DNA of 64,000 nucleotides from Eledone cirrhosa. Its lineage: Eukaryota. Positions 14,190 through 30,022 of this stretch are shown piece after piece. The stretch's first letter is position 1; every line of letters begins with the position of its first letter. Below the pieces are notes generated by a model. It saw only the letters and a list, made by a program, of their open reading frames with translations, did not search any database and was not told where the DNA came from. Made by a program: the position numbers and the translations under genes. The stretch spans positions 33,542,001 through 33,606,000 of the forward strand of contig OZ024759.1 in assembly GCA_964016885.1 (NCBI GenBank). Reading direction: 5' to 3'.

Positions 14190-15445
14190 TACTAAACCCT
14201 CCCCCACCTCCACCACTTTACAGAACCCTCCACCGCCTCCCCTACCACTACACACCACCGTACATCACCCTCCAGCTCCTCCCCTACCACTCTACACCAC
14301 CGTCTCATCACCTTCCCCACCACTACCACTACACACCGCCGTACACCACGCTCCCCCCCACCACTATACACCACCGTCTCACCACCTCCCCCACCACTCT
14401 ACACCACCTCCCCCACCACTCTACACCACCTCCCCCACCACTCTACACCACCTCCCCCACCACTCTACGCCACCGTCTCACCAGAGTTGGTATTAATAAC
14501 CATAGTCTGGAATATTGATATTAATATCAATAAAAATAATATGGCGTCTTTCACCATCATCATCATCGTCGTCATCATTATTATCGCCATCATCATCATC
14601 ATCATCGTCATCATTATTATCGCCATCATCATCATCGTAATCCTCATAATGCCACATGTTCTAATTAATGTCATCATCACAGTCGCTATGATCAGCGCCG
14701 CTGTCATCATGGCCAACACCATCGGCGCCGCCATTGTCGCCGTCGTCTTCGTCATCTCCATAACCACACATGCCATCGTCATCGTTATCATCGTTAGATG
14801 TCAGTGGTGGTGATGGTGGCGGTGGTGGAGGTGGCGGAGGTGGTGGTGGTGGTGGTGCTGGTGGTGGTGGTGGTGGTGATGGTGGTGGCGGAGGTGGTGG
14901 CGGTGGCGGTGGTGGAGGTGGTGGTGGTGGCGGATGTGGAGGTGATGAATTTGGATGATGGTGGTGGCTGTGGCGGAAGTGGTGGGGTAGTGACGGTGGT
15001 GATAGTGGTGGTGGTGGTGGTGGTGGTCGTGGCGGAGGTGGTGGTGGTGGCGGTGGCGGAGGTGGTGGATTTGGTGATGGTGTTGGTGGTGGCTGTGGCG
15101 GAAGTGGTGGGGTAGTGACGGTGGTGATAGTGGTGGTGGTGGTGGTGGTGGTCGTGGCGGAGGTGGTGGTGGTGGCGGTGGCGGAGGTGGTGGATTTGGT
15201 GATGGTGTTGGTGGTGGCTGTGGCGGAAGTGGTGGGGTAGTGACGGTGGTGATAGTGGTGGTGGTGGTGGTGGTGGTGGTAGTGATGGTCGTGGCGCAGA
15301 TAGTGATGGTGGTGGGGTAGTGACGGTGGTGATAGTGGTGGTGGTGGTGGTGGTGTTGGTGGTAGTGATGGTCGTGGCGGATGTAGTGACAGTGGTGGAG
15401 GTGGCGGAACTGGTGATGGTGATGGCTGGGGTGGTATGGAGATGG
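14190..15445. repeat. C-rich (CCA), (CAT) and G-rich (GGT/GGC) low-complexity tracts
   Basis: Trinucleotide-derived repeats with internal block duplications; source of the Pro/Gly/Val/His ORFs. Confidence 0.85.
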
Positions 15446-15512
15446 TGTCAATGCTGTAGTCAATATACACGAGATAAATGTGATTGTATCCGTGTGTCCG
15501 TCCAAATAATAT

Positions 15513-15673
15513 TCTCGGACGCCATGCTTTGACGCATAGAGTTACGGCCCTTGCCATTCTGAGTTCAAATCCCGCCGAGGTTAACTTTGCCTTTCATCCT
15601 TACGGGGTCGATAAAATAAAGTACCAGTAATACACTGGTTAATTGATGGCCTTGTGCCAAAAGTAGAAACAAT
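15513..15673 (+). mobile_element. SINE family A, 5'-truncated
   Basis: cggacgccatgctttgacgcatagagttacggcccttgccattctgagttcaaatcccgccgagg...tgtgccaaaagtagaaacaatt. Confidence 0.9.
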
Positions 15674-15880
15674 TATATATATATAGAATGTGAGATAGAG
15701 AGGTAGAGAGGTAGATAGATAGATAGGTGAAGTAGATATTTATTTACGTAAGTAATATCCGACAATGAACGGAGAGCGAATCCGGGGATTTCAGAGAGAG
15801 AGAGAGAGCGCCCGTGGAAGTTGGGAAGAGTATTATACATAAGTACCCAATAGCAACAGAGAGCTGATGCTAGGAGTGCC

Positions 15881-16067
15881 AGCGGTGGATTGGCAGTATC
15901 GGCAGAGAGTCGGACGCCATGCTTTCCAGCATAGTTACGTCCCTTTATGGTCTGAGTTCAAATCCCGCCGAGGTTCATTCTGCCTTTCATTCTTAGTGGT
16001 TCGATAAAATAAAGTACCATTAAAGTACTTGATAATTGCTGCCCTTGTGACAAAAGCTGAAACAATT
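15881..16067 (+). mobile_element. SINE family A, full-length
   Basis: gcggtggattggcagtatcggcagagag (A-box-like)...gagttcaaatcc (B box)...gaaacaatt. Confidence 0.9.
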
Positions 16068-16314
16068 ATTTTTATAACCCTTATTCCAGTTCAATTCTAA
16101 GGTAGAACATTTGACGGAGCTGACCCTCTTTACACAAAAAAAACCCATTTGACAGGTTGTCACAGAATGCGATATTTATCTAAAGAAAAAAAGCAAAAGG
16201 CTTCTATCCCACACATTCTATGCACAAACATACACATATATATATATATATACATATATTATAAATAACAATCAAAGATGTCTCTCTCACTTTCTCTAAA
16301 TACACACACACATA

Positions 16315-16349
<35 letters not shown>

Positions 16350-17250
16350 CTATATATATAATATAAGATCAAAATATGGTTAAAAGAGTGGGATGATATC
16401 TGCGTTCTCATCAGATAAACTAGGGAGACATGATATGAAGCTTAAAAACACTTGTGAATAGTGAAGTTTTAAATCAACATATGAAAAAAAATTAAGATTG
16501 ATGTATGAGATTGGGAAAAAGTGAGGGGGGGGGTAAGGAAGACGAAGACATGAGAGTAAAGGATGGTGGGTGGAGGAGTATAAGAAGGAAGGATGAGAGA
16601 GGAGGAGAGATGGGTTATAGACAGAGAGAGAGATAGCCTTTACAACTGAGAAAATATATATATTGTCTTACAGAGAGAAATTAAAAAGTTGGAAGATAAT
16701 AGATAATTTAAAAGATTTTGAAATTTAAAGTTAATGAGGTTTATGCATGAAGAAAAAGGAATTAAGAATAGTATTAAATTAAGGTTTGTATATTGAAGGG
16801 TTTAATAATATGTGCGAGGAAAAGAATTTATTAATATGTATTATTAAAATAAAAATATTAATGTTATTAAGGATATAATGTGGAAAGAAGGAGAAGAATG
16901 AATGAGTTATGAATTTCGAGCAATTAGTTAGGGTTTAAGTTTGTTTTTATGTAATGTAATATGTGTACGTAAATAGTTTGTTCAAAATGAGCGCGGAGGG
17001 AAAGAAGAAAGGAATGTTCAGGAACAAAATACCTAACATCAAAAAATATATATGTTTACGAAATATTTTCTAATGGTAATAACAAAATATATTAAAAGAA
17101 ATTAGTTAGGGTTAAAGTTTGTTTTTATGTATTGTAATATGTAAAAGTCAAATTAAGTAGTAGTTTAATATATATATATATATGTATATGTATATATATG
17201 TATATGTATATATGTATATGTATATATGCAAAAGTCAAATTAAGTAGTAG

Positions 17251-17296
<46 letters not shown>

Positions 17297-17313
17297 GTCT
17301 ATATATATATATG

Positions 17314-17384
<71 letters not shown>

Positions 17385-17387
17385 ATG

Positions 17388-17456
<69 letters not shown>

Positions 17457-17561
17457 GTATATATTTGTATATATATATATATGTGTATATATATATATAT
17501 ATTTGTATATATATATATATTTATATATATTTATAGATACGTATGTGTATATATATATATG

Positions 17562-17634
<73 letters not shown>

Positions 17635-17739
17635 GTATATTTGTATATATATGGGTATATATATATATATGTATGTATGTATATATTATAAATAATAATC
17701 AAGATGTATCTCTCACTTTCTCTAAATATGTACATATAC

Positions 17740-17811
<72 letters not shown>

Positions 17812-17913
17812 GTACATGTAAAAGTAAGTATATTTTATTTATATGATATTATATTTATTAGGCACATGAATCTATGGATGTATTGAATATTAGAAATATT
17901 CTCAGGTGCAGCT

Positions 17914-18072
17914 TCACATTATGAATCCTACAGGAAAAGGAAGGTTGGAAAGATTTGAATACGAGGTTAAAATGGCGCGAATGAAGATATCTTTAACCTT
18001 TGCTTCTTCTACCGGAAGCAACAGTGCCATTTCGTCACCTGATACATCTGATCCAGCTAAAAGTTTCACAGC
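17914..18072 (-). CDS. Candidate terminal coding exon of an unidentified gene
   Basis: Acceptor-like ttgtgttgcag| followed by non-repetitive [52 protein letters not shown]. No homology recognised. Confidence 0.3.
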   Translation of the reverse strand, partial: AVKLLAGSDVSGDEMALLLPVEEAKVKDIFIRAILTSYSNLSNLPFPVGFIM

Positions 18073-18339
18073 CTGCAACACAAGCGAGCTACATTTTACA
18101 CACAAACAAATGCACAGGGACGCCCTCATAAACGTAGACACACACGCACACGCACACTGGCGTATATATAATGTATACACACATATACATATATATATAT
18201 ATATACATATATATACATATATATATGTATATATTTATATATATGTATATATTTATATATATGTATATATATATATGTATATGTATATATATATTTATAT
18301 ATATGGATATATATTTATATATATGTATATATATTTATA

Positions 18340-18380
<41 letters not shown>

Positions 18381-18381
18381 G

Positions 18382-18414
<33 letters not shown>

Positions 18415-18550
18415 GTATATATATTTATATATATGTATATATATTTATATATATGTATATATATTTATATATATGTATATATATTTATATATATGTATAT
18501 ATATATTTATATATATGTATATATATTTATATATATGTATATATTTATAT

Positions 18551-18957
18551 ATACAATTAACAACAAAGAGCGCTTAGAACATAGGTATATCTTTAATTGC
18601 TAACAGTGTTTCGTCCACACTAGAAGTGGCACTCTTCAGAGCATACAGAGTAAATACATAGTATACAAGCATTGACAAAGCCAAAACAGAAGAATATATG
18701 TGGGGATACCATAAGTTGGTATCCCCACATATATTCTTCTGTTTTGGCTTTGTCAATGCTTGTATACTATGTATTTACTCTTTATGCTCTGAAGAGTGCC
18801 ACTTCTAGTGTGGACGAAACACTGTTAGCAATTGAAGATATACCTATGTTCTAAGCGCTCTTTGTTGTTAATTGTATTACGGCTCTGTCCGCTGACATTG
18901 AGCTAACCATATACTGCCTATTTGATAAGGGGAGTGTTACACACTCCCAATTCTCTC

Positions 18958-18960
<3 letters not shown>
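18551..18960. mobile_element. Near-perfect foldback (161-bp arms, 5-nt loop) plus a unique tail, inserted in (TA)n; Penelope-pLTR-like
   Basis: 18551-18711 is the reverse complement of 18717-18877 with 2 mismatches seen. The tail 18878-18960 has the hairpin gggagtgt-tac-acactccc, then (TA)n. Confidence 0.85.
18785..18830 (+). ncRNA. Minimal type I hammerhead ribozyme (mirror copy on the minus strand at 18598-18643)
   Basis: tgct-CTGAAGA-GTgCCAC(ttctagt)GTGGAC-GAAAC-act-GTT-agca. Stem I tgct/agca, stem II with one bulge, 2-bp stem III, GUU triplet. Confidence 0.75.
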
Positions 18961-19033
<73 letters not shown>

Positions 19034-19594
19034 TTATATATATGTATATATATGTATGTATATATATTTATATATATGTATATATATATATATTTATATA
19101 TATGTATATATATTTATATATATGTATATATATATATTTATATATATGTATATATATATTTATATATATGTATATATATTTATATATATATGTATATATA
19201 TTTATATATATGTATATATATATATGTATATATATTTATATATATGTATATATATATATATGTATATATATGTATATATATTTATATATATGTATATATA
19301 TATATTTATATATATGTATATATATTTATATATATGTATATATATATTTATATATATGTATATATATTTATATATATGTATATATATATTTATATATATG
19401 TATATATATTTATATATATGTATATATATATTTATATATATGTATATATATATTTATATATATGTATATATATTTATATATATGTATATATATATTTATA
19501 TATATGTATATATATATTTATATATATGTATATATATTTATATATATGTATATATATATTTATATATATGTATATATATATATATATGTATATG

Positions 19595-19651
<57 letters not shown>

Positions 19652-19729
19652 GTATATATATATTTATATATATGTATATGTATATATATATGTATATATA
19701 TATTTATATATATATGTATATATATATTT

Positions 19730-19779
<50 letters not shown>

Positions 19780-20011
19780 GTATATATGTTTATATATATG
19801 TATATGTATATATATATATGTATATATATTTATATATATGTATATGTATATATATATATGTATATATATTTATATATATGTATATATATTTATATATATG
19901 TAAATATATATTTATATATATGTATATATATTTATATATATGTATATATATTTATATATATGTATATATATATTTATATATATGTATATATATTTATATA
20001 TATGTATATAT

Positions 20012-20043
<32 letters not shown>

Positions 20044-20248
20044 GTATATATATATTTATATATATGTATATGTATATATATATTTATATATATATGTATA
20101 TATATATTTATATATATGTATATGTATATATATATATATGTATATGTATATATATATATATGTATATATATATGTATATATATATATATATGTATATATA
20201 TATGTATATGTATATAAATGTATATATATATATGTATATATATATATG

Positions 20249-20416
<168 letters not shown>

Positions 20417-20450
20417 TATAGATATGTATATATGTATATATGTATATATG

Positions 20451-20528
<78 letters not shown>

Positions 20529-20530
20529 CC

Positions 20531-20636
<106 letters not shown>

Positions 20637-20653
20637 TATAGTAAGAATAATAG

Positions 20654-20785
20654 TTTCAGAAGATGCCGTTAATGGTGAAAGCAGCAATTATTTGCTTAAA
20701 CTCTAATACTTTATATTAATATATATATGTCCAGAATTAGCCTTCGAAACGGCTTGAGCTCAGCCGTCGGGGTCCTACTCGTTCC
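20654..20785 (+). mobile_element. Short dispersed element ending in twin hairpins next to (TA)n
   Basis: The 57-bp end 20729-20785 matches 56392-56448 with 2 differences. The upstream motif gttaa(t/g)ggtgaaa(g/c)cagc recurs at ~9676-9750 and ~56510-56580. Confidence 0.65.
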
Positions 20786-20836
20786 TATATATATATATCT
20801 ATATATATACATATGCACATGTATACACATGCATAG

Positions 20837-20900
<64 letters not shown>

Positions 20901-21250
20901 ACATTCATATATATATATATATTTAAACTACAAACTAAGCGAAAAGAAAATTGAGACGAAATTAAACAATGCATAAAACGAGAAGATACGAGACTAGGTC
21001 ATAAAATTAATATAGATCATATCAGGATTTTCGCCGTATGAGACAGAGTGAAATCGTCAGAATTTTTATGGTATATAGCATGTGTAAGCTAATTTGATCT
21101 GATAGCCTTTCTTACGTCACGACGTTACAAGTAAACACGCAAACTTTATACTCACGTATATAATTATATATGTAAACGTGATTGTAAATAGGTTTTCCCA
21201 TATAATTATATATAAATATATATGCATACACATACATATATATTTATATA

Positions 21251-21291
<41 letters not shown>

Positions 21292-21346
21292 GCATATATA
21301 TATATATGCATATATATATATATTTATATATGCATATATATATATA

Positions 21347-21488
<142 letters not shown>

Positions 21489-21493
21489 ATATA

Positions 21494-21541
<48 letters not shown>

Positions 21542-21545
21542 TATA

Positions 21546-21599
<54 letters not shown>

Positions 21600-21601
21600 T
21601 A

Positions 21602-21647
<46 letters not shown>

Positions 21648-21664
21648 TATATTATATATATATA

Positions 21665-21715
<51 letters not shown>

Positions 21716-21730
21716 TATATATATACATAC

Positions 21731-21780
<50 letters not shown>

Positions 21781-22581
21781 AATACACACACATATATATA
21801 TATACATATATACACACACACATGTATCTATATGCATATATATGTGTATATATATAATATATATATATATAGTATATATATTATATATACTAACACACTT
21901 GAACACAGAAAGAGATACGCGAGGCGAATAAATACTATAGTGGAACCTTTCTTCAGCCTGCTCCTGGAATGCAATTTCGTGCATACACGCTGACATTCAT
22001 AGATATATACATGTGTGTGTGTGTGCGTGTGTGTGTATGTATATATATATATATATATACATACACATATATATATATACACATATATATATATACATAT
22101 ATATATTATATACATTTCATTTGATGTGTGTCTACTTCAATGCACTTTCTTCCGGTGTTGTCTTTTAAAAAGGAATTAGTCGTATGTCATGTGTGGTGAT
22201 TGTCAATGTTTAACAATGTCAGGAATCTACATTGTGTATAGTGCTGTATCATGTGCAGAAGGTGTATATAAGTGGGTTAAGGTGTATATAAGGAAGGCTA
22301 GAGTACTACAAAAAGAGAAATGACATACACTGATATACTATACAATAAGTTAGTGTCCCCCATTGTATATATGTACGTATATACACATGCATTTATGCAT
22401 ATATTTTATGTATATATATATATATAAATAAATATATATATATTTATATATAAATATACACATATATCTCTATATATACATACATATATGTGCACATACA
22501 TATACACATATATTTATATATATACATACATATATGTGTACATACACATTACATATATAATGAAGAGATATACATATACTT

Positions 22582-22726
<145 letters not shown>

Positions 22727-22778
22727 CACGTATACGTATATATATATATATAGACATACATATGCATAACGATACACA

Positions 22779-22822
<44 letters not shown>

Positions 22823-23247
22823 TATATATTCTTTTCGACAACTATCGTATCTGTATCGTTGTCAGTTTGCACTTTATAAGCTGTATTCATTCCGGTAAGC
22901 TTCAAAGTTTCCTTCACAGCAATGTCTCTTATCAAACGTTTCTGCTTCATTAAGCGGAAGTAAGTTACTTCTTCCGGTAAGTATTTCACGCCTGTCTATT
23001 GTAATATCATACAACTCGTTTTCATCATATGTGATACTTACTGTATATACGAATGTATATATGTCTGTTTATATAAATATATGTATGGAAATATGTATAT
23101 ATGCATGTATGTATGTATGAAGGCGTGTGTGAAACTATGCATGCATGTATATATATATATATAATATATATAGATATGTGTGTGTTTGCGAGGGTATCTC
23201 TGTATATTCATATATCTCACTCCATCCGTCTCTAACTTATACATACA

Positions 23248-23298
<51 letters not shown>

Positions 23299-23377
23299 AT
23301 ATATATATATATGTGTATACATATATATATATACATATATATATTATACATATATATATATACATATGTATATATAC

Positions 23378-23410
<33 letters not shown>

Positions 23411-23500
23411 AATACATATATATATATATATATAAATACATATATATATATATATATATAAATACATATATATATATATATATATATATAAATACATATA

Positions 23501-23536
<36 letters not shown>

Positions 23537-23548
23537 ATATATACATAC

Positions 23549-23583
<35 letters not shown>

Positions 23584-23586
23584 TAC

Positions 23587-23619
<33 letters not shown>

Positions 23620-23646
23620 TACATACATACATACATACATACATAA

Positions 23647-23682
<36 letters not shown>

Positions 23683-23724
23683 CATATATATATATATAAA
23701 TACATATATATATATATACATACA

Positions 23725-23760
<36 letters not shown>

Positions 23761-23787
23761 TATACATACATATATATATATACATAC

Positions 23788-23820
<33 letters not shown>

Positions 23821-23833
23821 CATATATATATAC

Positions 23834-23898
<65 letters not shown>

Positions 23899-23997
23899 CA
23901 TATATATACATATATATATATATATATACATAGATATATATACATATATATATATGCATACATATATATATATATATATATACATACATATATATAT

Positions 23998-24062
<65 letters not shown>

Positions 24063-24349
24063 CATACATATATATATATATAGTATACATACATATATAT
24101 ATACATACATATATATATATATACATACATATATATATATACATACATATATATATATATATACATACATATATATATATATACATACATATATATATAT
24201 ATACATACATATATATATATATATACATACATATATATATATATATACATACATATATATATATATATACATACATATATATATATATATATACATACAT
24301 ATATATATATATATATACATACATATATATATATATGCATACATACATA

Positions 24350-24380
<31 letters not shown>

Positions 24381-24458
24381 CATACACATATATATATATA
24401 CATACATACATATATATATATATATACATACATATATATATATATGCATACATACATA

Positions 24459-24497
<39 letters not shown>

Positions 24498-24516
24498 CAT
24501 ACATATATATATACAT

Positions 24517-24595
<79 letters not shown>

Positions 24596-24763
24596 AATAC
24601 ACACATACACATATATATATATATACATATATATATATACATACATATATATAAATACACACATACACATATATATATATATACATATATATATATACAT
24701 ACATACATATATACATACATATATATACATACATACATGTGTATAAATATATATATATATATT

Positions 24764-24901
<138 letters not shown>

Positions 24902-24983
24902 TATATATATATATATATGTGTATATATATATATATATATGTGTATATACATATATATGTGTGTATATATATATATATATATT

Positions 24984-25018
<35 letters not shown>

Positions 25019-25063
25019 ATATATATATATATATGTGTGTATATATATATGTGTGTATATATA

Positions 25064-25094
<31 letters not shown>

Positions 25095-25287
25095 GTGTGT
25101 ATATATATATGTATATATATTTATATATATATATGTATATATATATATATGTATATATGTATATATATATATGTATATATATATATGTATATATATATAT
25201 ATGTATATATGTATATATATATATATATATGTATATATAATATATATATATATATAATAATAATAATATATATATATATATAATAAT

Positions 25288-25343
<56 letters not shown>

Positions 25344-25347
25344 ACAG

Positions 25348-25394
25348 ATTCCTGATGATTTCTGAAGAATGAAACAGTTCTAGTCCTGTAGAAT
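25348..25394 (+). ncRNA. Type I hammerhead ribozyme motif (copy 1)
   Basis: attc-CTGATGA-t-ttc(tgaa)gaa-t-GAAACAG-ttctagtc-CTGTA-gaat. Stem I attc/gaat, stem III ACAG/CTGT, GUA triplet, U.U at the base of stem II. Confidence 0.7.
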
Positions 25395-25661
25395 ATCATC
25401 TATATTAAAACTTTTATACTCTGCAATGTATTGAGTACCTTACTTACTGTGGTTACCTCCGATTCAACCCGGAATAACGTATAATAATATATATATATCT
25501 ATATATATATATATATATGTGTATATATATATATATATATATGTGTATATATATATATATGTGTGTATATATATATATATATATTTGTATATATATATAT
25601 ATATATATGTGTATATATATATATATATATATGTGTGTATATATATATGTGTGTATATATA

Positions 25662-25692
<31 letters not shown>

Positions 25693-25859
25693 GTGTGTAT
25701 ATATATATGTATATATATTTATATATATATATGTATATATATATATATGTATATATGTATATATATATATGTATATATATATATGTATATATATATATAT
25801 GTATATATGTATATATATATATATATATGTATATATAATATATATATATATATAATAAT

Positions 25860-25919
<60 letters not shown>

Positions 25920-25923
25920 ACAG

Positions 25924-25970
25924 ATTCCTGATGATTTCTGAAGAATGAAACAGTTCTAGTCCTGTAGAAT
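25924..25970 (+). ncRNA. Type I hammerhead ribozyme motif (copy 2)
   Basis: Identical to 25348-25394. Confidence 0.7.
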
Positions 25971-26091
25971 ATCATCTATATTAAAACTTTTATACTCTGC
26001 AATGTATTGAGTACCTTACTTACTGTGGTTACCTCCGATTCAACCCGGAATAACGTATAATAATATATATATATATCTATATATATCTATA

Positions 26092-26126
<35 letters not shown>

Positions 26127-26979
26127 ACACACAGACAATTGTGATTACGGTATCGGTCGCTTACTAATAAGGTTGGACATATTTGATTCCCGGACCGCAG
26201 CATTGATTTAATGCAATCGTATCCGATATGGTATCATATGGTTGCACATTTAATTGATGGAGAAGAAACCATAGCAAAAATTAGTCCCGTTCAGGTGATA
26301 ATATTTATTTTAATATGACATTACTTCAAATGTCGAATTGATTTATTGATACACGGTTGGATGGTTCGTTGGATGTCGTCTGATTATTTTCAATTGCATT
26401 AACGTCATATACTTTGCTCTAAAAGACAAAACCAAAAAGCAAATGGCCGCATTTATTTGCTGTGCAGGAACTAGATATTCTCTGTAGTCTATTGTATGCT
26501 TTCGTAAGCTTTCTTAAACAACCAGTGTGTAGGATGTGTGAGCTTAGAAAGATATCATGTCAGAATCGGACAGATCAATCACCGTTTCGTTGCTTGTGTC
26601 GTCTGATCGTCTATCTATGTTCTTTAGCATTAAAGATTAAAAACAAAATGGCCGTAGTTTATATTACTGACATTAGAAATTGTTTTATATTAGATTGCAT
26701 GTTGTGTGTTCAATTCCACAGCCGTCTAAACCCACATAGACACAACTTCAGGATTATAAAGCGGACGTCTTAACCAACTCTTCCATGCCTGCGTGTAATA
26801 TTGTTTATACACCATCAACATCATCATCGTCAGCGTCTTCATCACCATCGTCATGATTATCATCATCATTCTCACAGCAATACATCAACAGCTCTACCAC
26901 CACCAGCAGTAACAACAACAATAACAAGGGCAACTACAACAGCAACAGAAGAAATATCCACAACAACAACAGCAACAAT

Positions 26980-27165
26980 AATTGCGTCTACTTTTGGCAC
27001 AAGGCCAGCAATTATCCCAGTGCATTACTGCTACTTTCTTTTATCGACTATCGACGCCGTAAGGATGAAAGGCAAAGTGAACCTCGGCGGGATTTGAACT
27101 CAGACTATAAAGGGAGGGAACTATGCTACAAAGAATGGCGTCCGACCTTCTACTGCCAACCTCCA
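26980..27165 (-). mobile_element. SINE family A
   Basis: ctacttttggcacaaggccagcaatt...cctcggcgggatttgaactcagac...tactgccaa. Confidence 0.85.
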
Positions 27166-27809
27166 TTGGTATTTCAGATAAATATATCGCAATCTTTCCT
27201 TCCTAAAAACATGACTCATCCAAAATCTAACAACAAAAGCAATTATTACTAAACAAACAATGACAATATTTTCATTAGCATTCTCTTTTCCTGCTTCTCA
27301 ACTCCACATTCAGTGTACCTCCTCCTCCCTTTCCTCCGACTCCTCCGCTTATCATCCTCATTATCATTATCACAAACAACAACAGCAACAACGACAACAT
27401 CATATCATGATGTCTCCTATTGTAGTTAAACGGTGATCTGGTAGTTAAACGGTGATCTGGTTGCCAAAACCTTTACACCAGTTGTATTCTCCATACAAAT
27501 CTACTTGAATTAAAATTTAAACAACAACAACAACAACAAAAAAAAGCAATTGCACTGACACAGCAACAACAATAACAACATCAGCAGTAGTAGCAATACC
27601 TCACGTGCACTCACCAACCGCGGCAACAACAAGAACAAGAACAAGAACACCAGCAGCAAAATTAACATCACAACCACCACCACAACCATGATGTCCACCA
27701 TCATCGCCACAACCTTCAACAGCACTATGACAACCATTATGACAACCACCAGTAACAACACTACCACCAACACTACACCCATCGCCACCATCAAAGGCAT
27801 CGACACCAA

Positions 27810-28505
27810 TTCAGCATGACCGCCACCATTAACGCCACCATCTCCACCACAAACGTTAACACCACCATCTCCACCACCACCATTAACACCACCATCTCCA
27901 CCATCACCATTAACACCACCATCTCCACTATCAACATTAACACCACCATCTCCACCCCCACCATTAATACCATCTTCACCACTACCATTAACACCACCAT
28001 CTCCACCACTACCATTAACACCACCATCTCCACCTCTACCATTAACACCACCACTCCACCTCTACCATTAACACCACCATCTCCACCTCTACCATTAACA
28101 CCACCATCTCCACCTCTACCATTAACACCACCATCTCCACCATTAACACCACCATCTCCACCACCACCATTAACACCACCATCTCCACCTCTACCATTAA
28201 CACCACCATCTCCACCTCTACCATTAACACCACCATCTCCACCACAACCGTTAACACCACCATCTCCACCACCACCATCTCCACCATCACCATTAACAGC
28301 ACCATCTCCACCACCACCGTTAACACCACCATCTCCACCCCCACCATTAATACCATCTCCACCATCACCATCTCCACCACCACCATTAACACCACCATCT
28401 CCACCTCTACCATTAACACCACCATCTCCACCACCACCATTAATACCACCACCTCCACCTCTACCATTAACACCACCATCTCCTCTACCATCAACACCAC
28501 CATAA
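27810..28505. repeat. 27-bp minisatellite
   Basis: Unit accattaacaccaccatctccacctct with variants. Confidence 0.9.
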
Positions 28506-28861
28506 ACACAGAAAACAGCAACAAAAACAAGCAAAAGCAGAGACATTTAATCTAATTTAACCAAACTGCTGAGTGTAATAAATCTCATAAACAATTGGAA
28601 GGAACACATCTAACACCACCACACACACATATCACCATATAAACACACACACATCACCATATACAGACACTACACACACACACACAGCATCATAGACAGA
28701 CATACATTGTATATAGTATACAATAACTTAAACAGCCCAAACAACAATAGCTCCAATGCAAACAAACGGTGAGGTGGAGAATGTTGCGTGGAAAGATGCA
28801 TATATATAAACATAAATATATACATAGATATATATGAATATATAAACACACACACACACAT

Positions 28862-28892
<31 letters not shown>

Positions 28893-29006
28893 ATATATAT
28901 AATTTAGATGTAAATACAAGTATATACAGACACAAACAGTCCCAGAAACATACACGCAAGCATATATATAATTGCATATACATACACATACTATATATAA
29001 ATACAC

Positions 29007-29060
<54 letters not shown>

Positions 29061-29457
29061 GTGAGAGAGCATCTAGTGAGATATACAAAAGGGATACAAT
29101 AGGGAGAGACAAGCAAACACAAGCCACATAACATATAATAGTCTATCCTGATCAGTGTGAATTGAAATGAATTGAATTAAGGAGAAATCATTTGTGTTTT
29201 CTTTTTTTTCCTCGTCAAATAACAATGGCGGTTATATGACGTAAATGAGAGATGGCGCTTAGAGTGAGATGTGAACACGTTTGCTGTTATTTGGAATGCA
29301 GGAACAATGTGAGAACTAGACCACATCAATATCTGCAGTCTTATTTTTCATATCAGCAATTTTTGTCTATTGTGATGTTAGATGCATTTATATCGCAGTT
29401 AGGATAAAAGTTTATATTATATATTTTATTTGTGCCTCGTGTGTATGTGTGTGTGTG

Positions 29458-29541
<84 letters not shown>

Positions 29542-29563
29542 TATATATATATATACACACACA

Positions 29564-29605
<42 letters not shown>

Positions 29606-29616
29606 CACACACATCC

Positions 29617-29658
<42 letters not shown>

Positions 29659-29732
29659 TTATATTATATTTGCTGCTGTGTATATTTGTAGGCTATGTGT
29701 ATATACATTTATATTATATCATATTTGTGCCT

Positions 29733-29790
<58 letters not shown>

Positions 29791-29981
29791 CCTTTATACT
29801 ATATTTGCTGCTGTGTATGTTTGTAGGTTGAGGGAATCTATATATATATACATTTCTATTCTATTATATTCGTACCTTGTGTCTTTATTTGTATAATGTG
29901 TGTTCCTTTTTAGTATTTGTATATCTAGTTGGACTGATCGTAAATTTTTCTGTTATCTATTGACATTGTGTGTATGAATAA

Positions 29982-30022
<41 letters not shown>

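Larger units (their letters stand above)
25335..26076 (+). mobile_element. Two identical ~165-bp HHR-bearing elements (25335-25500, 25911-26076) in a 576-bp tandem duplication embedded in (TA)n
   Basis: Identical unique sequence aatattaaacagattcctgatga...caacccggaataacgtataataat at offset 576; the flanking microsatellite is also duplicated. Confidence 0.85.

Noticed and set aside
14661-15557. Pro/Gly-rich extensin- or formin-like ORFs (also 7039-7338, 27791-28546, 30492-30930)
   Set aside because: Explained by trinucleotide-derived repeats; one ORF begins inside a SINE.
18574-18854. Pair of near-identical 60-aa ORFs on opposite strands
   Set aside because: A by-product of the palindrome, with non-ATG starts.
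21890-22000. Minus-strand GAAA...CTGAAGA as a type II hammerhead
   Set aside because: Stems I and II cannot be convincingly paired.
22930-22985. Minus-strand CGGAAGA...GAAACGTT hammerhead-like remnant (similar at ~40695-40740 and ~42170-42205)
   Set aside because: Core mutated or no stem I; cannot be told from chance without family copies.
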